From: an uncultured Actinomycetota bacterium
GTDB lineage: Bacteria; Actinomycetota; Actinomycetes; S36-B12; UBA10799
Reading direction: 5' to 3'
Assembly (NCBI GenBank): GCA_963769435.1
Contig: CAVYLN010000001.1
Location: 84,522 to 148,521 of the forward strand
DNA: 64,000 nucleotides
Part shown: piece by piece, positions 61,801-64,000 of the stretch
Layout: each line of letters opens with the position of its first letter
How positions within the stretch are numbered: position 1 is the first letter of the stretch
Program-made: the position numbers and the translations under genes
The notes under the pieces: model-generated
Database searches by the model: none
Told to the model about the DNA's origin: nothing
Seen by the model: only the letters and a program-made list of their open reading frames with translations

Positions 61801-62420
61801 CGATGGCGGGTCTCGATGTCCAGCCCGTGGTCCATCAGTTCCACGAAGAAGTTGCCCGATCCGAGGATGTCCCGGAAGTCCGCGGCGGCGGCCAGCGCCC
61901 GATCGTACTGACCGGCCCGCAGCCACATGTTGACCTCGCCGCTCGGACATCCGGTCGTGGCGATCAGGCCCTTGCCGTAGCGGTCGAGCAGTTCCCGGTC
62001 GAACCGCGGCTTGCGGTAGTAACCCTCGATGCTGGCCATGCTGGAAAGGCGGAACAGATTGTGCATGCCCTCGGTGGTCTCGGCGAGCACGGTCATGTGC
62101 GTGTACGCCTGCTTGCCCTTCATGGTCGGCGTGCCGTCCTCGCCGACCTCGTCACCGGGCACATCGCCGAAGTCGTACGGGGCCCGTGTGTGCCGGCCCT
62201 GCGGCGCGTAGTACCCCTCGATGCCGATGATCGGCTTGACCCCGTGGCTGAGCCCCTTCTTGTAGAACTCGTAGGCCCCGAACACGTTCCCGTGGTCGGT
62301 CATGGCGATCGCCGGCATCTCCAGCCGGGCCGCCTCGCTGAAGAGGTCGTCGAGGCGGGCGGCACCATCCAGCATCGAGTACTCGGTGTGCACGTGCAGG
62401 TGCACGAACGAGTCCGACAT
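58884..62420 (-). CDS. dnaE: DNA polymerase III alpha subunit
   Basis: ATG at 62420 (MSDSFVHLHVHTEYSMLDGA, PHP domain) preceded by AAGGGAG. About 1178 aa of typical DnaE1 sequence. Confidence 0.95.
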   Translation of the reverse strand: MSDSFVHLHVHTEYSMLDGAARLDDLFSEAARLEMPAIAMTDHGNVFGAYEFYKKGLSHGVKPIIGIEGYYAPQGRHTRAPYDFGDVPGDEVGEDGTPTMKGKQAYTHMTVLAETTEGMHNLFRLSSMASIEGYYRKPRFDRELLDRYGKGLIATTGCPSGEVNMWLRAGQYDRALAAAADFRDILGSGNFFVELMDHGLDIETRHRADLLRIAKELDLPLVATNDLHYVREEDAEAHDVLLCIGTRATVNDEKRFRFNGSGYFLKPAEQMRSIWSELPEACDNTLLIAERCNVEFDDSANLMPRFDVPEGETEDSWMAKEVHRGLAERFAPHPVPETHMKQADFELSVIAQMGYSSYFLVTADLVRYAKANGIRVGPGRGSAAGALIAWAMGITELDPLEHGLIFERFLNPDRVSMPDIDMDFDERRRGEMIRYATEKYGDDQVAQIVTYSSIKAKAAIKDSARALGLPYALSDQITKAMPDPVMGKDIPLSGIFDPKHPRFAEAGDFRSLHDDDPQVQQVVATARGLEGLKRQPGVHAAGVILSRAKLLDVVPLWMRDDGSIITQFDMDACEKLGLLKMDFLGLRNLTVLDDCLENIERNKGEQVVLEELPLDNPEAYRLLARGDTLGVFQLDGGPMRALLRSMKPDSFDDISAVLALYRPGPMGANAHNDYADRKNNRKPVTPIHPELAEPLEDILSETYGVIVYQEQVMTIAQRVAGYSLGQADLLRRAMGKKKKEILDKEFGPFAEGMRANGFSDAAINTLWEILVPFADYAFNKAHSAGYGLVSYWTAYLKANYPTEYMAALLESVKDNKDKSAIYLAECRHMGVKVLPPDVNDSQSRFTAVGDTIRFGLSAVRNVGEAVVDSIVESRTAKGRFSDFHDYLSKVEASACNKRVVESLIKAGAFDSLGHTRRGLISIHEPAVDEALTTKRAESIGQFDLFGDMPDEEGAEQAASLQIPVGEWDKALLLAHEREMLGLYVSDHPLLGLEAQLRTLSDGNIADLAGLDKADGRIVNVAGLVTTVARRVTKGGKPYAQMVVEDLTGEIQVMVFPKVYEAVSPYCHTDAILVVKGRLDVSEDSPRLMAMEVKVPDLSLDRNTPFVVTVAAQQCTPDTVDRLKSVLTAHPGGTEVHLRMATGTRTTVLRLDEGFRVSATPSLGADLKALLGPNCLPGS

Positions 62421-62545
62421 GGGGCTCCCTTGCGGCTGGTGCGGATGGGTCTCCAGACTAAGCCGATCCCCCGACACCTGTGGGCCCGACGCGCCATCGC
62501 CTGACACCCCGTCCGTGCAACTGGGCGGGTGGCCCCGACGACTCC

Positions 62546-62603
62546 CCTCCATCTTCGCGCGCACCGGCGAAGCCTCGTTCAGGAGTCCGCTGAAAGATGG
62601 AGG
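62546..62603. repeat. 10-bp inverted repeat CCTCCATCTT / AAGATGGAGG with a 38-nt spacer
   Basis: Arms at 62546-62555 and 62594-62603, in the rluD-dnaE spacer. Confidence 0.85.
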
Positions 62604-62640
62604 AGGTCATGCCCGAAATGTGGACTAACGCGGCTTTTGC

Positions 62641-62689
62641 GCCTCCAACTACGCGCGTGTCGGGCCGAAGCGTGCGGAGAGTTGGAGGC
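62641..62689. repeat. 10-bp inverted repeat GCCTCCAACT / AGTTGGAGGC with a 29-nt spacer
   Basis: Arms at 62641-62650 and 62680-62689, beginning 15 nt downstream of the rluD stop. Could act as the rluD terminator, but there is no U-tract. Confidence 0.85.
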
Positions 62690-62704
62690 TCAGCGTCACA
62701 GCGC

Positions 62705-63616
62705 TCACCCCGCCCGGACCACTGCGAGGGCGTGCTGTAGATCCTGGGGGTACTCGCTCACGAAGCTGACCTCAGCCCCGGTCGCCGGATGCCGGATGGT
62801 CAGGCGCACCGCATGCAGCCACTGCCGGCTCAGCCCGAGGCGTTCTGACAGGACCGGATCGGCGCCGTACGTCACATCCCCACAGCACGGGTGCCGGATC
62901 GCAGCCATGTGAACGCGGATCTGGTGGGTGCGGCCGGTCTCCAGGCCGAGTTCGAGCAAGGAGGCGTAGCGGTGGTTCTCCAGGGTCGTGTAGTGGGTGA
63001 TGCTCGGCCGCCCCTCTGCCGTGACTGCGAAGCGGTGGGAATGCCGGGGATCCCGTCCGATCGGCGCGTCCACCGTCCCGGTGGGCGGATCAGGTCGTCC
63101 CTGCACGAGCGCGTGGTAGGTCTTCCCCACCTCGCGGTTCTTGAAGTCCCGCTTCAGCGCCGAATAGGCACGGGCCGACTTGGCCACGACCATGACACCG
63201 CTGGTACCGACGTCCAGCCGGTGCACGACTCCGTACCGCTCGTCGGACCCGATCTGCGCGACCTGGTAGCCGGCACGCGCCAATGCCGCCACCACCGTCG
63301 GGCCATCCCATCCGGGACTTGCGTGCACAGCCATGCCGACCGGCTTGTCCACGACGATGATGTCGTCGTCGGCGTACAGCACAGGCAGTTCCATGATCCG
63401 CGCCACCGGTGCGGGGGGGTCCAGTTCCCGCACGGTCACAGTCTGATCGGCGCCGACGCGGGCCGACTTCGGCAACAGTTCGCCGTCCACCGTCACCAAC
63501 GCACGATCGACCATGTCGGCCGCACGACTGCGTGAAAGGCCCAGCATCCGCGAGAGCGCCTGGTCGAGGCGCTGACCGTCCAGGCCGTCGGGCACCGGGT
63601 ACGTTCGTTCGTTCAT
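62705..63616 (-). CDS. rluD: 23S rRNA pseudouridine synthase, RluA/RluD family
   Basis: N-terminal S4-like domain and catalytic motif VVHRLDVGTSGVMVVAK. The ATG overlaps the lspA stop (ATGA at 63613-63616). Confidence 0.88.
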   Translation of the reverse strand: MNERTYPVPDGLDGQRLDQALSRMLGLSRSRAADMVDRALVTVDGELLPKSARVGADQTVTVRELDPPAPVARIMELPVLYADDDIIVVDKPVGMAVHASPGWDGPTVVAALARAGYQVAQIGSDERYGVVHRLDVGTSGVMVVAKSARAYSALKRDFKNREVGKTYHALVQGRPDPPTGTVDAPIGRDPRHSHRFAVTAEGRPSITHYTTLENHRYASLLELGLETGRTHQIRVHMAAIRHPCCGDVTYGADPVLSERLGLSRQWLHAVRLTIRHPATGAEVSFVSEYPQDLQHALAVVRAG

Positions 63617-64000
63617 GCACTCTGGCTGTCGGCGGGCTCGTGGCGGGGGCGGTCGTAAGGCACGTTCAGCAGACTCAGCGCCACGATCATGACCGCGGCC
63701 GCCACCAGCGACATGTCGGCCACGTTGAAGACCGGCCAGTTCGGCAGCCTCAAGAAGTCGACCACATGGCCTTGCAGCGGCGAGGGCTCACGGAAGATCC
63801 GGTCGATCAAGTTGCCCAGTGCGCCACCGAGCATGAGGCCCAGGGCGACCGCCCACCACATCGACACGAGTCTGGTGGACATCCGGAAGAGCACGACCGC
63901 GACAATGACCGCGACCAGGCTGAACACGATCGTGGCGCCGCCACCGAGGCCGAAAGCCGCGCCAGGATTGCGTACGAAGCTGAACCGCAGGAGTTCGCCG
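63613..64000 (-). CDS. lspA: lipoprotein signal peptidase (signal peptidase II); 5' end outside the window
   Basis: The frame is open to the window edge. It reads ..FVRNPGAAFGLGGG.. and FNVADMSLVAAAV, which are LspA catalytic Asp regions. Confidence 0.85.
   Translation of the reverse strand, partial: GELLRFSFVRNPGAAFGLGGGATIVFSLVAVIVAVVLFRMSTRLVSMWWAVALGLMLGGALGNLIDRIFREPSPLQGHVVDFLRLPNWPVFNVADMSLVAAAVMIVALSLLNVPYDRPRHEPADSQSA

Noticed and set aside
60075-62504. 809-aa ORF on the plus strand opposite dnaE
   Set aside because: It is antisense to dnaE, low-complexity and rich in Arg, Leu, Val and Asp, with no recognisable domain. A shadow ORF caused by G/C3 bias.
62609-62740. 43-codon plus-strand ORF preceded by GGAGGAGG in the rluD-dnaE spacer
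   Set aside because: Hand-counted third-position G/C is only ~67%, well below neighbouring genes. SD-to-ATG spacing is marginal. Its last 36 nt run antisense into rluD. The GGAGG is better explained as an arm of the inverted repeat.
1-64000. Search for a defence island, prophage, IS element, toxin-antitoxin pair or biosynthetic cluster
   Set aside because: No integrase, transposase, restriction/modification, Cas, abortive-infection-like, NTPase/nuclease pair or PKS/NRPS signature was seen on either strand. Gene order is that of a conserved actinobacterial core region. The MT0933-like small protein is only nominally an 'antitoxin' and has no toxin-like partner.

Overview
The window looks like a core-chromosome segment of a high-GC actinobacterium. 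Third codon positions are mostly G/C, and long antisense 'shadow' ORFs are common. All family calls come from motifs I recognise by eye; no searches were run.

Gene content is almost entirely housekeeping, in this order:
- sepH-like, a DUF5998-like gene, and a Pat-type acetyltransferase
- parC, then a secreted S1 protease, a NodB deacetylase, a thioredoxin-fold protein coupled to a YumC-type FNR, a beta-carbonic anhydrase, and parE
- two tandem paralogous secreted repeat proteins
- the principal sigma factor and DUF4192
- a heparinase II/III-like secreted protein convergent with a sulfotransferase-like gene
- nrdR-nrdJ
- a DNA-damage neighbourhood: LysM/ChiZ-like gene, lexA, dinG-like helicase, recA-recX, DUF3046, lhr, clgR
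- hflX-dapF-miaA, miaB, cinA-pgsA-rimO, ftsK, rnj-dapA, thyX, trx
- hisDCBH, ybaK, dnaE, rluD, and a partial lspA

I found no rRNA, tRNA, CRISPR array, transposase, integrase, prophage or recognisable defence system, so I cannot point to a convincing novel multi-gene system.

The observations most worth a second look are:
1. Seven to nine single-base frame breaks at short homopolymer runs inside conserved genes, including ftsK and sigA. These are most likely assembly indels.
2. The tandem pair of large secreted repeat proteins of unknown function.
3. The heparinase-like / sulfotransferase-like / GyrI-like cluster.
4. Three SOS boxes, two of them abutting, between lexA and the LysM gene.
5. Unusual intergenic repeat and hairpin structures at 14336-14445 and in the 284-nt rluD-dnaE spacer. 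Their arms share CTCCA/TGGAG cores.

Start codons are often uncertain. Sub-gene coordinates were derived by counting from ORF-track anchors.
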